Assembly: GCA_018263365.1 (NCBI GenBank)
Contig: JAANXI010000175.1
Coordinates: 1-32,751, forward strand
Direction: 5' to 3'
DNA length: 32,751 nt
Source: Fidelibacterota bacterium
GTDB lineage: Bacteria > Fidelibacterota > JAANXI01
Made by a program: the position numbers and the translations under genes. The notes under the pieces were generated by a model, which ran no database searches, was not told the origin of the DNA, and saw nothing but the letters and a program-made list of their open reading frames with translations. Positions 19,883-28,023 of this stretch are shown in pieces; positions within the stretch are counted from its first letter, which is position 1, and every line of letters starts with the position of its first letter.

Positions 19883-19914
19883 ATACAAATATGTCGCCTC
19901 CGTAAGGCTCACTG
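19883..19914 (-). repeat. dispersed REP-like repeat, homologous to 32018-32049
   Basis: Reverse complement CAGTGAGCCTTACGGAGGCGACATATTTGTAT versus CAGTGAGCCCTGTCGGGGCAACACATTTATAG: 23/32 identical, ungapped. Confidence 0.6.
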
Positions 19915-20023
19915 CTGAAATTTTGGGTTATTTTTTTTGAGAACTGATAACTATTCACTGTCGACTGAGTATCGTCTCACAACTGAGGTCTCAGGTTTTA
20001 CTACTCATGCAATTTTTTACTAG

Positions 20024-20221
20024 CCTGAATGATTCATTAAATAGCAGCATATTTTTGGGGAATCCAATAGAACAAATATTTAGTGGGCTATTCCGAGCCA
20101 GAGCAAGCACTGGAAATGTTCCAAGTAGAGACGTTCCATGGAACGTCTCTACATAACTATAAATATTGATCTTAGCACGCCTAAAATGCGCGCATTTATT
20201 TCGATTTATGAATTATTCGGG
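20024..20221. mobile_element. 198-bp MITE-like element with IS1380-type TIRs and an internal GTAG REP palindrome
   Basis: Left end CCTGAATGATTCATTAA, right end TTTATGAATTATTCGGG, TAG on both flanks. Perfect palindrome GTAGAGACGTTCCATGGAACGTCTCTAC at 20125-20152. Confidence 0.72.
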
Positions 20222-20316
20222 TAGTAACTCATTCTCCAAAATTTCTAATAACCATAACGCAATAACACCAGAATACGTGAGTAAGATTAAGAGTACGATT
20301 ATGATTAGGACATGTA

Positions 20317-20364
20317 AACTCGAATACTCTAACACCCGAACACTTTAACACTATAACACTCCAT
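20317..20364 (+). repeat. octamer tandem array (AACTCGAA TACTCTAA CACCCGAA CACTTTAA CACTATAA CACTCCAT)
   Basis: Six degenerate 8-nt units, preceded by a hexamer run (AGTAAG ATTAAG AGTACG ATTATG ATTAGG, ~20280-20309). Confidence 0.7.
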
Positions 20365-20374
20365 CCCTCTCCAT

Positions 20375-20403
20375 TTGCTCCTTCACAGGAAACCCGATAT
20401 ATT
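20375..20403 (+). promoter_or_regulatory. putative sigma70 promoter of dusB
   Basis: TTGCTC, 17 nt, TATATT, ending 8 nt before the ATG; no Shine-Dalgarno sequence. Confidence 0.45.
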
Positions 20404-20411
20404 TAGCCGTT

Positions 20412-21428
20412 ATGAAAATTGGTCCATTAGATATACCAAGCCGGGTTCTCCTGGCACCGATGGCTGGCGTCACGGATCATATTTACCGGGTGATCTGTAG
20501 GGAGTTCAGCGCGGGACTCGTTTATACGGAATTCGTCAGTTCCAACGGGATCATCCGGGAGAACGAGCGGACGCTGGAGATGCTCCACTTTGAGGAGCGG
20601 GAGCGTCCAATCGGCATCCAGATTTTTGGCGATGATGCGGATATTCTGGCGGAGAGCGCCGCATACCTTACCGAGTCACTAGAGCCGGACCTTATCGACC
20701 TGAATTTCGGCTGCCCGGTACCGAAGGTGACCAAAAAAGGGGCGGGATCGGCTATTCTGAAGGATCAGGGAAAGGTCGGCGAGGTCTGCGAAAAAGTCGT
20801 GAATGCGGTGGATATCCCCGTGACAGTGAAAATGCGCAGCGGCTGGTCTGACAAAGAGATCGTGGCGCCGGAGTATGCGCAGCTCATGGAATCGCTGGGA
20901 ATTGCTGCGGTGACAGTCCACGGCCGCACCACGCAGATCCGGTATGAAAAGCCGTCAGATAACACGGTGATTGCGGCAACGAAGGAAGCCGTGGATATTC
21001 CGGTTATCGGTAACGGTGACATTCTGCAACCGGAAGATGGGCGAAGAATGATCGACGAAACCGGCTGCGACGGTGTGATGATTGCCCGTGGCGCCCTGGG
21101 CAATCCGTGGATACTGCATCGCACCAATCATTATCTGGAAACCGGCGAACTATTGCCTGAACCTGACTATGCCGACCGGCTGAACTTATGTTTCCGACAT
21201 CTCCAGCTGAAGGAAGAAGAAAAGGATTCGACGCTTGCGGCCATGTTGATGAAAAAGAACATCGGCTGGTATCTCAAAGGGATGCCGAATGCGTCGACAA
21301 TGCGCCAACTCATTAATACCAGTGATGAGTCTCAGGAGATGTATGAAATACTGCGTGACTATGCGAAGGAACTCAATGTTAAGTTAACGGCAGAAGAACC
21401 GGCGCTCTCCTACCAAAAAAGCGTCTGA
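20412..21428 (+). CDS. dusB: tRNA-dihydrouridine synthase DusB
   Basis: LAPMAGVTD, TEFVS, QIFG, IDLNFGCP, VHGRT, VIGNGDI, DGVMIARGALGNPW. Confidence 0.95.
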   Translation: MKIGPLDIPSRVLLAPMAGVTDHIYRVICREFSAGLVYTEFVSSNGIIRENERTLEMLHFEERERPIGIQIFGDDADILAESAAYLTESLEPDLIDLNFGCPVPKVTKKGAGSAILKDQGKVGEVCEKVVNAVDIPVTVKMRSGWSDKEIVAPEYAQLMESLGIAAVTVHGRTTQIRYEKPSDNTVIAATKEAVDIPVIGNGDILQPEDGRRMIDETGCDGVMIARGALGNPWILHRTNHYLETGELLPEPDYADRLNLCFRHLQLKEEEKDSTLAAMLMKKNIGWYLKGMPNASTMRQLINTSDESQEMYEILRDYAKELNVKLTAEEPALSYQKSV

Positions 21429-21911
21429 TTATCCCGGCAGTATTCGCTGAATATATTTCCCAAAATTCCTGACTAAATCGATCCCTTTTACAATACCCCG
21501 TAACGCAGTCAATTCTTCAGCGGAACCCCGCCAGATCTCATTGATGATCTCTTTTTCGCGTTCGTTATCACCATTGAGAAGAGAATTCACCAGCGCCAGC
21601 GCCACCACGACATCGTCGACATAGCCGACCGGCCCGGCGACAGCTTCGGGAATAACATCGAAAGGCATGACAAAATATCCCACGGCGACCGCCACGCGCC
21701 GCTTTGTCTTTTTAGAAACTTCGGGATGATTCAGCAGGCTGATGAGCAGATGCAGCACAAGCGGCCCCGCCTTGACAAGCCGGATGGTTGTTTTCATTGG
21801 CAGAATTTTCAGGAGTCTGTATTTTTCCCGATACCGCGTGACATTCTCATCCCAGTGTGCGATTTTCGCTTCGATCTTGTCGTAATAGTCGTCGAGTTTT
21901 TCCTGGTTCAC
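21429..21911 (-). CDS. YkvA/DUF1232 family protein
   Basis: YFVMPFDVIPE-AVAGPVGYVDD matches the DUF1232 motif Y-x-x-x-P-x-D-x-I-P…G-x-x-D-D. GTG start with GAGG RBS. Confidence 0.85.
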   Translation of the reverse strand: MNQEKLDDYYDKIEAKIAHWDENVTRYREKYRLLKILPMKTTIRLVKAGPLVLHLLISLLNHPEVSKKTKRRVAVAVGYFVMPFDVIPEAVAGPVGYVDDVVVALALVNSLLNGDNEREKEIINEIWRGSAEELTALRGIVKGIDLVRNFGKYIQRILPG

Positions 21912-22145
21912 TTGTTACCCCTCACCTGCTCTGTTTCTTGTTTCAATTGAGTCTACCGAATGGAATGTAAAGTGTAAAGTACCAGATTAGTATCGGAGAT
22001 GGAAAATGCCAGAAAATGCGACAGGAAATACTACCCTCCGAACTGTTAGGTATATCACATGATGAAATGGCTCGTGACCCACAACACTCAAAGGCCGGGC
22101 GATCTCTCATATCTTTGAGAAAAGCAACAAATCGGAGGGATCACT

Positions 22146-22544
22146 ATGAGGGCGTTAATCTTATGTTTGCCTTTTTTGGCGCTGCTTTTCACTTTTTGCG
22201 ACCAACAACAGTATAATAAAGAACTCCTGACGGAACGATTCAACCAATCAGACAGCGCAATCCACGCCTTAGTCAATGATGCGAAGATCGAGATAATGGA
22301 AAGCACGGGTGACACACTGTACAACGAGCATATTCAATATATCCTGGAATCGGCCAAATTCCGGCTGGATTCGCTGGAGCATTCCATAGATACTTATAAC
22401 CGGCAGAGCTTTGAGCGCGTTGAGGCGCGAATCGAGCAAATTATTTACCAAACTGAGCAGGATTTACTGGAGCTGAAACAAGTCGCAAATGAAAAAACCA
22501 AGTCGGTGTACGATGAACTAGCGCGGGGTGTCAAGAGTTCCTGA
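22146..22544 (+). CDS. hypothetical helical protein, putative lipoprotein
   Basis: GGAGG RBS; hydrophobic signal ending LLFTFC; coiled-coil-like body. Confidence 0.65.
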   Translation: MRALILCLPFLALLFTFCDQQQYNKELLTERFNQSDSAIHALVNDAKIEIMESTGDTLYNEHIQYILESAKFRLDSLEHSIDTYNRQSFERVEARIEQIIYQTEQDLLELKQVANEKTKSVYDELARGVKSS

Positions 22545-22613
22545 GTAGATCCCTTTGACGACTAAATTCGCCGTTGGATTCAATCGTAAAATCGAATATA
22601 TTTCACTCCCAAT

Positions 22614-22697
22614 GGAGGTGTAGCCCTAACTGGTAAGGCAGCGGTCTTGAAAACCGCCGGGTTCACGCCCTTGGGGGTTCGAATCCCTCCACCTCCG
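22614..22697 (+). tRNA. tRNA-Ser (anticodon UGA), CCA not encoded
   Basis: Acceptor stem GGAGGTG/CACCTCC with G discriminator, anticodon arm GCGGT-CTTGAAA-ACCGC, long variable arm, T-loop GTTCGAATC. Upstream TTGGAT-17 nt-TATATT (22574-22602). Confidence 0.97.
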
Positions 22698-22704
22698 CTG
22701 TCCG

Positions 22705-22739
22705 AAATCCCCTGAGCCATAATGGTTGCAGGGGTTTTT
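22705..22739 (+). terminator. stem-loop plus U-tract after tRNA-Ser
   Basis: CCCCTG-AGCCAT-A-ATGGTT-G-CAGGGG-TTTTT. Confidence 0.65.
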
Positions 22740-22866
22740 GCGTTTTCAGCGGTGGATAAACCGTGGCACACCGTTACGCCACATCTGCGCAAAACTTATC
22801 ATATCACCCTCGACTGTTCGACGGGAGTTCCCCGTAAGAGTAATAATCCCCCACAAGTTTACCTAG

Positions 22867-23187
22867 CCTGAATAATTCATAAACTCAGGAAAAAAGAGTT
22901 CCAATAGTGGTTGTAAAATGTTAAATTACAGTAAGTTAAAAACACATAAACATTCACAACCACTCAGGAACTCTCTTATGAATAATGTACCAGCTATTCC
23001 CGGTAAAAACCAGACCGAATTCCCATTGGAAGTCACCGCCGTGGAAGGCACTCCGGTTTTCATCGATGCGCAAGGAGGCGACCTCACCTCGGATGCGGGC
23101 GTGCTCCTGCTCCGGGAGACCGAAGCCCACGTCGGGATCATTGCGACGTTGACCGATTGTCTGCCCGATCCGCGGCATCCGTCGTTG
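22867..23187 (+). mobile_element. IS1380-family relic: left TIR and 5' fragment of transposase
   Basis: TIR CCTGAATAATTCATAAA at 22867. N-terminal motif GGDLTSDAGVLLLRE…LTDCLPDPR is typical of IS1380 transposases; similarity ends after DPRHPS. Confidence 0.8.
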
Positions 23188-23485
23188 CATTTGCTTGGGC
23201 CGGCTGCCTTCCTCCGAATAGAGCACCGCAAAGACGTCCTCCGGAATGCGGCGGAAGATCAGCTGGTAGAACTGATATGCGTCCGAGTCCTCCAGCTGCT
23301 GCCGCTTCCGGTCGCTCAAATGCGGGCCATAGCCGAACGCCTCGGTTTGGGTGGGCGATTGGTTGGGTTTGAACAGGGGGATCCCACGAGGTTAATCGTT
23401 GGTAAACTCCTGATATTATTAGAGATAATGTACCAAATTCCCCGGAGAATTCCTATGAAAAATCGGGACTTTTTAGACTGCACTC
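23188..23485 (-). pseudogene. 5' fragment of a second, oppositely oriented transposase (IS1182/IS5-like, family uncertain)
   Basis: Minus frame from CTG at 23376 reads LFKPNQ…LSDRKRQQLEDSDAYQFYQLIFRRIPEDVFAVLYSEEGSRP, resembling transposase N-termini of the form F..I.E..FA.LYS..GSRP. Possible IS end GAGTGCAGTCTAAAAAGTC from 23485. Confidence 0.55.
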
Positions 23486-23497
23486 ATGTCTTTAAAA

Positions 23498-23696
23498 CCT
23501 GATAATTCATAAACCGGGTTTATTCTGATGATAAGACCAAATGTAACTTATGGAATAACACGTGCTTGTAGAGACACGCCATGGAGGGTCTCTACCCAAC
23601 GATATTGTGGACGGTTATACTCCACAACTTGCACCTCCAAACCCCGCCGGAACATGGATGGTATGATCCGGAAATCGCATTCATGAATTATTCAGG
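23498..23696. mobile_element. 199-bp MITE-like element with IS1380-type TIRs and an internal GTAG REP palindrome
   Basis: Left end CCTGA-TAATTCATAAA, right end ATGAATTATTCAGG, AAAA on both flanks. GTAGAGACACGCCATGGAGGGTCTCTAC at 23568-23595. Confidence 0.7.
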
Positions 23697-23863
23697 AAAA
23701 GATAAATTCATTAGGGTATTTTCATATTCATAGAGTAACGATGTGGTTATAATGACATATGATAACAACCCCATGAAGACTGTAATGCCGTATCTTCTTT
23801 TTCGTCTATTTGACTCCCCATTTTTTGCCTTTCCCAGTATGGTTGAATACAATTGGATTGTGT

Positions 23864-24913
23864 TTATTCCCCAAGAAATGCAGTAACCCCGTCCGAATAA
23901 TACGTAGTCCCGGACGAATCGATCACCATTCCTTCGACATTGGGGAGGTTGTTGACCCAGCGCATACCGTCAATTGGCCCCAAAATAAATAACGCTGTGG
24001 CGTATGCATCGGCCTGCTCCGGACTTTCAGCAACAATAGTTGCGCTCAGTGACTTCCGTGTCGGTAAACCCGTTTCCGGATTCAGGATGTGATGATAACG
24101 GACTCCGTCGTATATGTAGTATCTCTGATAATCACCGGAGGTGGCCACGGCATTTCCTCCGGAGATGTTGAGTACTTCAGCAAGGTCATTAGTCTTACGG
24201 GGATCCTGAATGCCGACCTTCCACGGTTGACTGTTTTTCATCCCGAGACAGTAGAGATCGCCGCCCGCATTGATGAGTGCATCTTCGATTCCCTGCTCTT
24301 TCAAGATATCAATGGCCCTGTCGACAGCATACCCTTTCGCAATACCGCCTACAGCAAGACGGACACCAGATTTTTCCTTTTCCAGAAGGAACTTCTCGTT
24401 TTCCTGTCGCAGGCTCACATAGGAAAAACCAACAATTTTCAGGGACTGTTCGATCGTCTCTTTTGCAGGTGGCTCAGGATTATCTGCCGTCAAATTGTAG
24501 AGGTCCAGCACAGGCTTTATCGAAATATCGAATGTCGAAACCGAGGTTTCGTAATACTCTTTTGCCCTCGCCAGTAGATTGTACACTTCATCCGTTGTAT
24601 GAATTGAATCGTTGGCGTAATTGAACCGGTAGATTTCGCTTCCCTGGTTCTCTTCCCACAACAGAACGGAAATCCGTTCAATTTCCTCCTGCGCCGCCAG
24701 CATGCTTGCTCTGGCGGATTCCCGGTTCTCCGCGAAAATGGTGTAATCGATGACCGTATCCATGGCGAAACGGGTGAAGTTAAACGGTTGCTGATTTGAA
24801 CTGCAGGAAACGAGCACAAGGAGTGAAAAAAAAGTTGCCAGGAACCAACTGGGATAATAAGAAAATAATTGGTTGGGATTGACTCCCTGAAATTTGCCGG
24901 AGACACCACTCAT
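23864..24913 (-). CDS. apbE: FAD:protein FMN transferase (ApbE family lipoprotein)
   Basis: Lipobox LVSC, AMDT, FDISI, GGIAKGYAVD, INAGGD, ATSGDYQR, YHHILNPETG, ADAYATA; at the end of the rnf cluster. Confidence 0.96.
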   Translation of the reverse strand: MSGVSGKFQGVNPNQLFSYYPSWFLATFFSLLVLVSCSSNQQPFNFTRFAMDTVIDYTIFAENRESARASMLAAQEEIERISVLLWEENQGSEIYRFNYANDSIHTTDEVYNLLARAKEYYETSVSTFDISIKPVLDLYNLTADNPEPPAKETIEQSLKIVGFSYVSLRQENEKFLLEKEKSGVRLAVGGIAKGYAVDRAIDILKEQGIEDALINAGGDLYCLGMKNSQPWKVGIQDPRKTNDLAEVLNISGGNAVATSGDYQRYYIYDGVRYHHILNPETGLPTRKSLSATIVAESPEQADAYATALFILGPIDGMRWVNNLPNVEGMVIDSSGTTYYSDGVTAFLGE

Positions 24914-24926
24914 TTTATTTCAAGAG

Positions 24927-25191
24927 GTAGAGCATGGAGGGAATGAAATTTCGAACGTCCTCGATTTAGTAGAGACGTTCCATGGAGAGTGTGTGAAAAC
25001 AGAAAAACAAGGGAAAAATTGTGAGTAATCATCGTATTTTCTTCCGAGTAGAGACGTGCCATGGCACGTCTCTACATTCAATAATATCAATGGGTTATCA
25101 CATAATTTATGCTGTGTGGTGTTTAGGAACGCCCGGAGGAAAAAATGTCTTGACTCGGTATTCTCACACACCCTCCATGGAACATCTCTAC
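24927..25191. repeat. cluster of GTAG-type REP sequences forming a nested inverted repeat (REPIN/BIME-like)
   Basis: Arms 24969-24999 and 25161-25191 are 28/31 complementary. Perfect 28-bp palindrome at 25048-25075; degenerate copy at 24927. Confidence 0.85.
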
Positions 25192-25252
25192 ATTAACCAG
25201 CATGGATTATTTGGAATAAACCATCCATGATAGATTCTCAACAACTAATCTT

Positions 25253-25894
25253 TTATCCGGTGATGCCATCCACCCGGCGTTTGCCGTCGATAGTCGCCAC
25301 CAGTTTATTCGGTGCACAGATAATCCGGCCGGACTGTTTCTCACCCATCTTCACGCAGATGTCGTGGCGACAAAACGATTCAACAGCTGCGAGTTTTCCA
25401 TTTTTCAGCGAAAAACGTGTATCTCCCTGAGATCCAGGAATCACAATATCGTTATAGGTTTTCGACCGATCGATACGTTCGACAGTGCGTCCATCCACCT
25501 GAAAAGTCACGTATTTTCCATCGGAATTGTTACGGGTACCGATCGTCACACACGTGTTTCCCTCGCCTCGCCTGTTCCGCATTTCACTGGCAAATGTCCG
25601 GATATCCGATGAGACATCTCCCGATTGCGTGGGATCGAGGACCTGTGTATTGCTGATGACAGACAGATCCTGCGCTGCCGGGCGAATGGGATGAGAGTCG
25701 ATCGCTGGATTTTTCCCAATGAGTCCGGATGCCGATTGCAGTATCTTGCGGATATCTTGTTCCGGTGAATCAGTAATCAGAACGACGGTATTTTCGCTTG
25801 CTTTGGTTTTCAATAGCGGTAATCCGGCGGCCAATACTCCTGTCCCAGCTATCGATGCCATTTTCAGGAATTCCCGTCTATCCAACTTTTTCAT
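25253..25894 (-). CDS. Tat-signal protein with C-terminal NusG domain II (DUF1312-like)
   Basis: ATG at 25894 gives MKKLDRREFLK followed by a hydrophobic stretch. C-terminal ESFCRHDICVKMG…IICAPNKLV fits the C-x3-C…C-x-PN pattern of NusG-II/DUF1312. Confidence 0.8.
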   Translation of the reverse strand: MKKLDRREFLKMASIAGTGVLAAGLPLLKTKASENTVVLITDSPEQDIRKILQSASGLIGKNPAIDSHPIRPAAQDLSVISNTQVLDPTQSGDVSSDIRTFASEMRNRRGEGNTCVTIGTRNNSDGKYVTFQVDGRTVERIDRSKTYNDIVIPGSQGDTRFSLKNGKLAAVESFCRHDICVKMGEKQSGRIICAPNKLVATIDGKRRVDGITG

Positions 25895-26348
25895 GTGTCT
25901 TACTCCCGTTTGAGTATATCTTTGAAATTTCGAAATAATTATCTTCGTTCTGTGACGCCAGCGCTGCCCACTTCCACGATAACGCACTCGTCAGAGCCAA
26001 CCCAACGAGTCCACCGACAAAATATACAACCTCGTCTGCGATGCCAGCAACCGAGATGTCACTGAAATATAATGCAAAGATACCGAGGAGGAAACCCAGA
26101 AGCGGCAAGCCGTACTGCATGAGTGATAATTTCAGCAGCAGATCCCGGGATTCGGTGACGATCACCTTTTGCCCGGTTGTCGCCCCCGCTTCATTTTTCG
26201 CCAATACGCCCCGCTCACCTTTTTCATTCGGGGCACATAAAATTTTCGCCCCACAATCCTCACAGGTGTCGTTTTCCATCAGCGTGACGAAGGCCTTGTC
26301 ACCTTCGATGCGTTTAACTATGCCCTCGTCGAGAATTTCTTCGGACAT
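25878..26348 (-). CDS. rseC: RseC/MucC family (SoxR-reducing system) membrane protein
   Basis: EGIV…A-x-V…CEDCGAKILC, G-x-x-V, YGLPLLG, two TM helices; adjacent to rnfB. Confidence 0.85.
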   Translation of the reverse strand: MSEEILDEGIVKRIEGDKAFVTLMENDTCEDCGAKILCAPNEKGERGVLAKNEAGATTGQKVIVTESRDLLLKLSLMQYGLPLLGFLLGIFALYFSDISVAGIADEVVYFVGGLVGLALTSALSWKWAALASQNEDNYFEISKIYSNGSKTHEKVG

Positions 26349-27199
26349 CAGGCTGCCTTCTCCTGGATTGCCGTCGGTTCTGCCGCTTCCTCATTCCCGT
26401 CCAGCACCACCAGACATTCGGTGGGACACCGATCGGTCGGTAATTTCGCCTCTTTTCCGTACTGGTCGTAATTCACGTAGGCCAGGTTATCCTCCATGTA
26501 CATCTGTCCGTCCTCCACGGCGCGGACACAGATCTGGCAACCGATACACGCCTTGGTACACAGCTGGCGCGAGGTTTTCGGATCGTCGAAATTTTTACAG
26601 AGCACAAACAGTTTATCCGATTCCGGATGCATTTCGATGACGTTCCGTGGACACGCTCCGACGCAGTTGCCACAGCCGTTACATTTGTCCTCGATGACCA
26701 CCGGCAATCCGTTATCATCCATATACATCGCTCCAAACTGACAGGCATCTACACACTCGCCGAAGCCCAGACAACCATACTCGCACAATTTGTCGCCGCC
26801 GCTCATCAGATTGGCAGCCAGGCAAGACTCGATACCAGCGTAATCGGCTTTGACGGCCGTTTCATAAGTGCCGCCCTGGCACATGACCCGGGCGATTTTC
26901 CGCTCCGCCGCCTCGACTTCCACTCCCATAATCTCGGCAATCTCATCGATCTCACTCTGGGTGGCGACGGTACAATCGCTGATTTCAACGTCATCCAGTA
27001 CCACCTCTCCAGCGAATTTAGCGCAGCCTGGAAATCCACAGCCGCCACAGTTGGCGCCGGGAAGCGCATTTTTCACCTGCTCGATCCGCGGGTCCTCATC
27101 CACGTGCAATTTTTTGTTGGCAATGGACAAACCGGCGGAGAACATCGCGCCCAGTCCGCCCATACTTCCCATTGATATTAGTAGTGCTGTAACGTCCAT
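26348..27199 (-). CDS. rnfB: Rnf electron transport complex subunit B (polyferredoxin)
   Basis: N-terminal TM, LPGANCGGCGFPGC, CEYGCLGFGECVDAC, KCNGCGNCVGACP, ACIGCQICVRA. Confidence 0.95.
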   Translation of the reverse strand: MDVTALLISMGSMGGLGAMFSAGLSIANKKLHVDEDPRIEQVKNALPGANCGGCGFPGCAKFAGEVVLDDVEISDCTVATQSEIDEIAEIMGVEVEAAERKIARVMCQGGTYETAVKADYAGIESCLAANLMSGGDKLCEYGCLGFGECVDACQFGAMYMDDNGLPVVIEDKCNGCGNCVGACPRNVIEMHPESDKLFVLCKNFDDPKTSRQLCTKACIGCQICVRAVEDGQMYMEDNLAYVNYDQYGKEAKLPTDRCPTECLVVLDGNEEAAEPTAIQEKAA

Positions 27200-27210
27200 A
27201 GTTTCAGCTC

Positions 27211-27430
27211 AGTGTTATTGTGTTAAGGTGTTAAGGTGTTAGCGGGTTAAAGTTGAAATCTGTCATCGGTCGTGAGTCCTCAGTCCTGTGTCGTGTTGTT
27301 ATCATCAGTGATTTCGGTGTTTTTCAGTGTTTAATCTGCTTTTTCTTTGCGTTTTCTTCGCGTCCTTAGCGGCTTAGCGGTAACATTTTTTATCCGTGCT
27401 AATCTTTTGTTTCCGTGTTAATCCGTGTTC
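27211..27430. repeat. patchwork of short tandem micro-arrays filling the rnfA-rnfB spacer
   Basis: 8-mers (27211-27258), 7-mers GTCNTNN (27262-27296), 9/10-mers TCAGTG (27304-27338), CTTNGCG units (27345-27383), TCCGTGTT 10-mers (27392-27430). Confidence 0.7.
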
Positions 27431-27444
27431 CATGCGTTTTTTTT

Positions 27445-28023
27445 TCAAATCGATATCAACCCGGCAAATCCCATAAACGCCAGCGCCAGGCTCCCGGCGA
27501 CGATCATTGTAATCCCCGCACCCTGAAAATGTTTCGGGACATTTGCAAGTTCCAACTCTTCCCGGATGCCCGCCATAATGACGAGCGCCAGCGTGAATCC
27601 AACGCCGGCGCCGATTCCGTACACGATGCTCTCGATAAATCCGTACTCCCGGAGTACGGCGAACAGCGCCAGCCCGAGGATAGCACAGTTCGTGGTAATC
27701 AGCGGCAGGTAGATACCAAGCGTATCGTACAACGGTTTACTGATTTTCCGTATGAACATCTCCACCAACTGCACCAGTGATGCGATCACCAGGATAAACG
27801 AGACGTATTCCAGGATGACCACGTTGAACGGTACCAGGATCAGGTGGTAGATGAGCCAGGTCACCGCCGCGGTGATTGTCATGACAAACGTGACGGCCAT
27901 TCCCATGCTCACTGCCGAGGACACTTTCTTCGAGACGCCAACAAATGGGCAAATCCCCAGAAAATACGAGAGGACAAAGTTGTTGACGATGGCAGCCGAG
28001 ATAAATATCAGGAAGAGTTTCAT
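27445..28023 (-). CDS. rnfA: Rnf complex subunit A
   Basis: VNNFVLSYFLGICPF, FILVIASLVQLVE, LGIYLPLITTNCAILG, LAFMGF. Confidence 0.96.
   Translation of the reverse strand: MKLFLIFISAAIVNNFVLSYFLGICPFVGVSKKVSSAVSMGMAVTFVMTITAAVTWLIYHLILVPFNVVILEYVSFILVIASLVQLVEMFIRKISKPLYDTLGIYLPLITTNCAILGLALFAVLREYGFIESIVYGIGAGVGFTLALVIMAGIREELELANVPKHFQGAGITMIVAGSLALAFMGFAGLISI

Noticed and set aside
19670-19912. 80-aa ORF upstream of rpmB
   Set aside because: No motif or RBS. It starts inside a REP-like repeat and spans hairpins and the likely rpmB promoter.
22614-22697. tRNA-Sec interpretation because of TGA
   Set aside because: TGA is the anticodon (reads UCA, Ser). tRNA-Sec has a TCA anticodon and a longer acceptor stem.
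20125-25191. 28-bp palindromic repeats as a possible CRISPR array
   Set aside because: Copies are dispersed, irregularly spaced and partly inverted, with no regular spacers and no cas genes. They fit REPs.
24920-25230. Short ORFs containing VETCHGTSL on both strands
   Set aside because: The peptide is just the translation of the REP palindrome.
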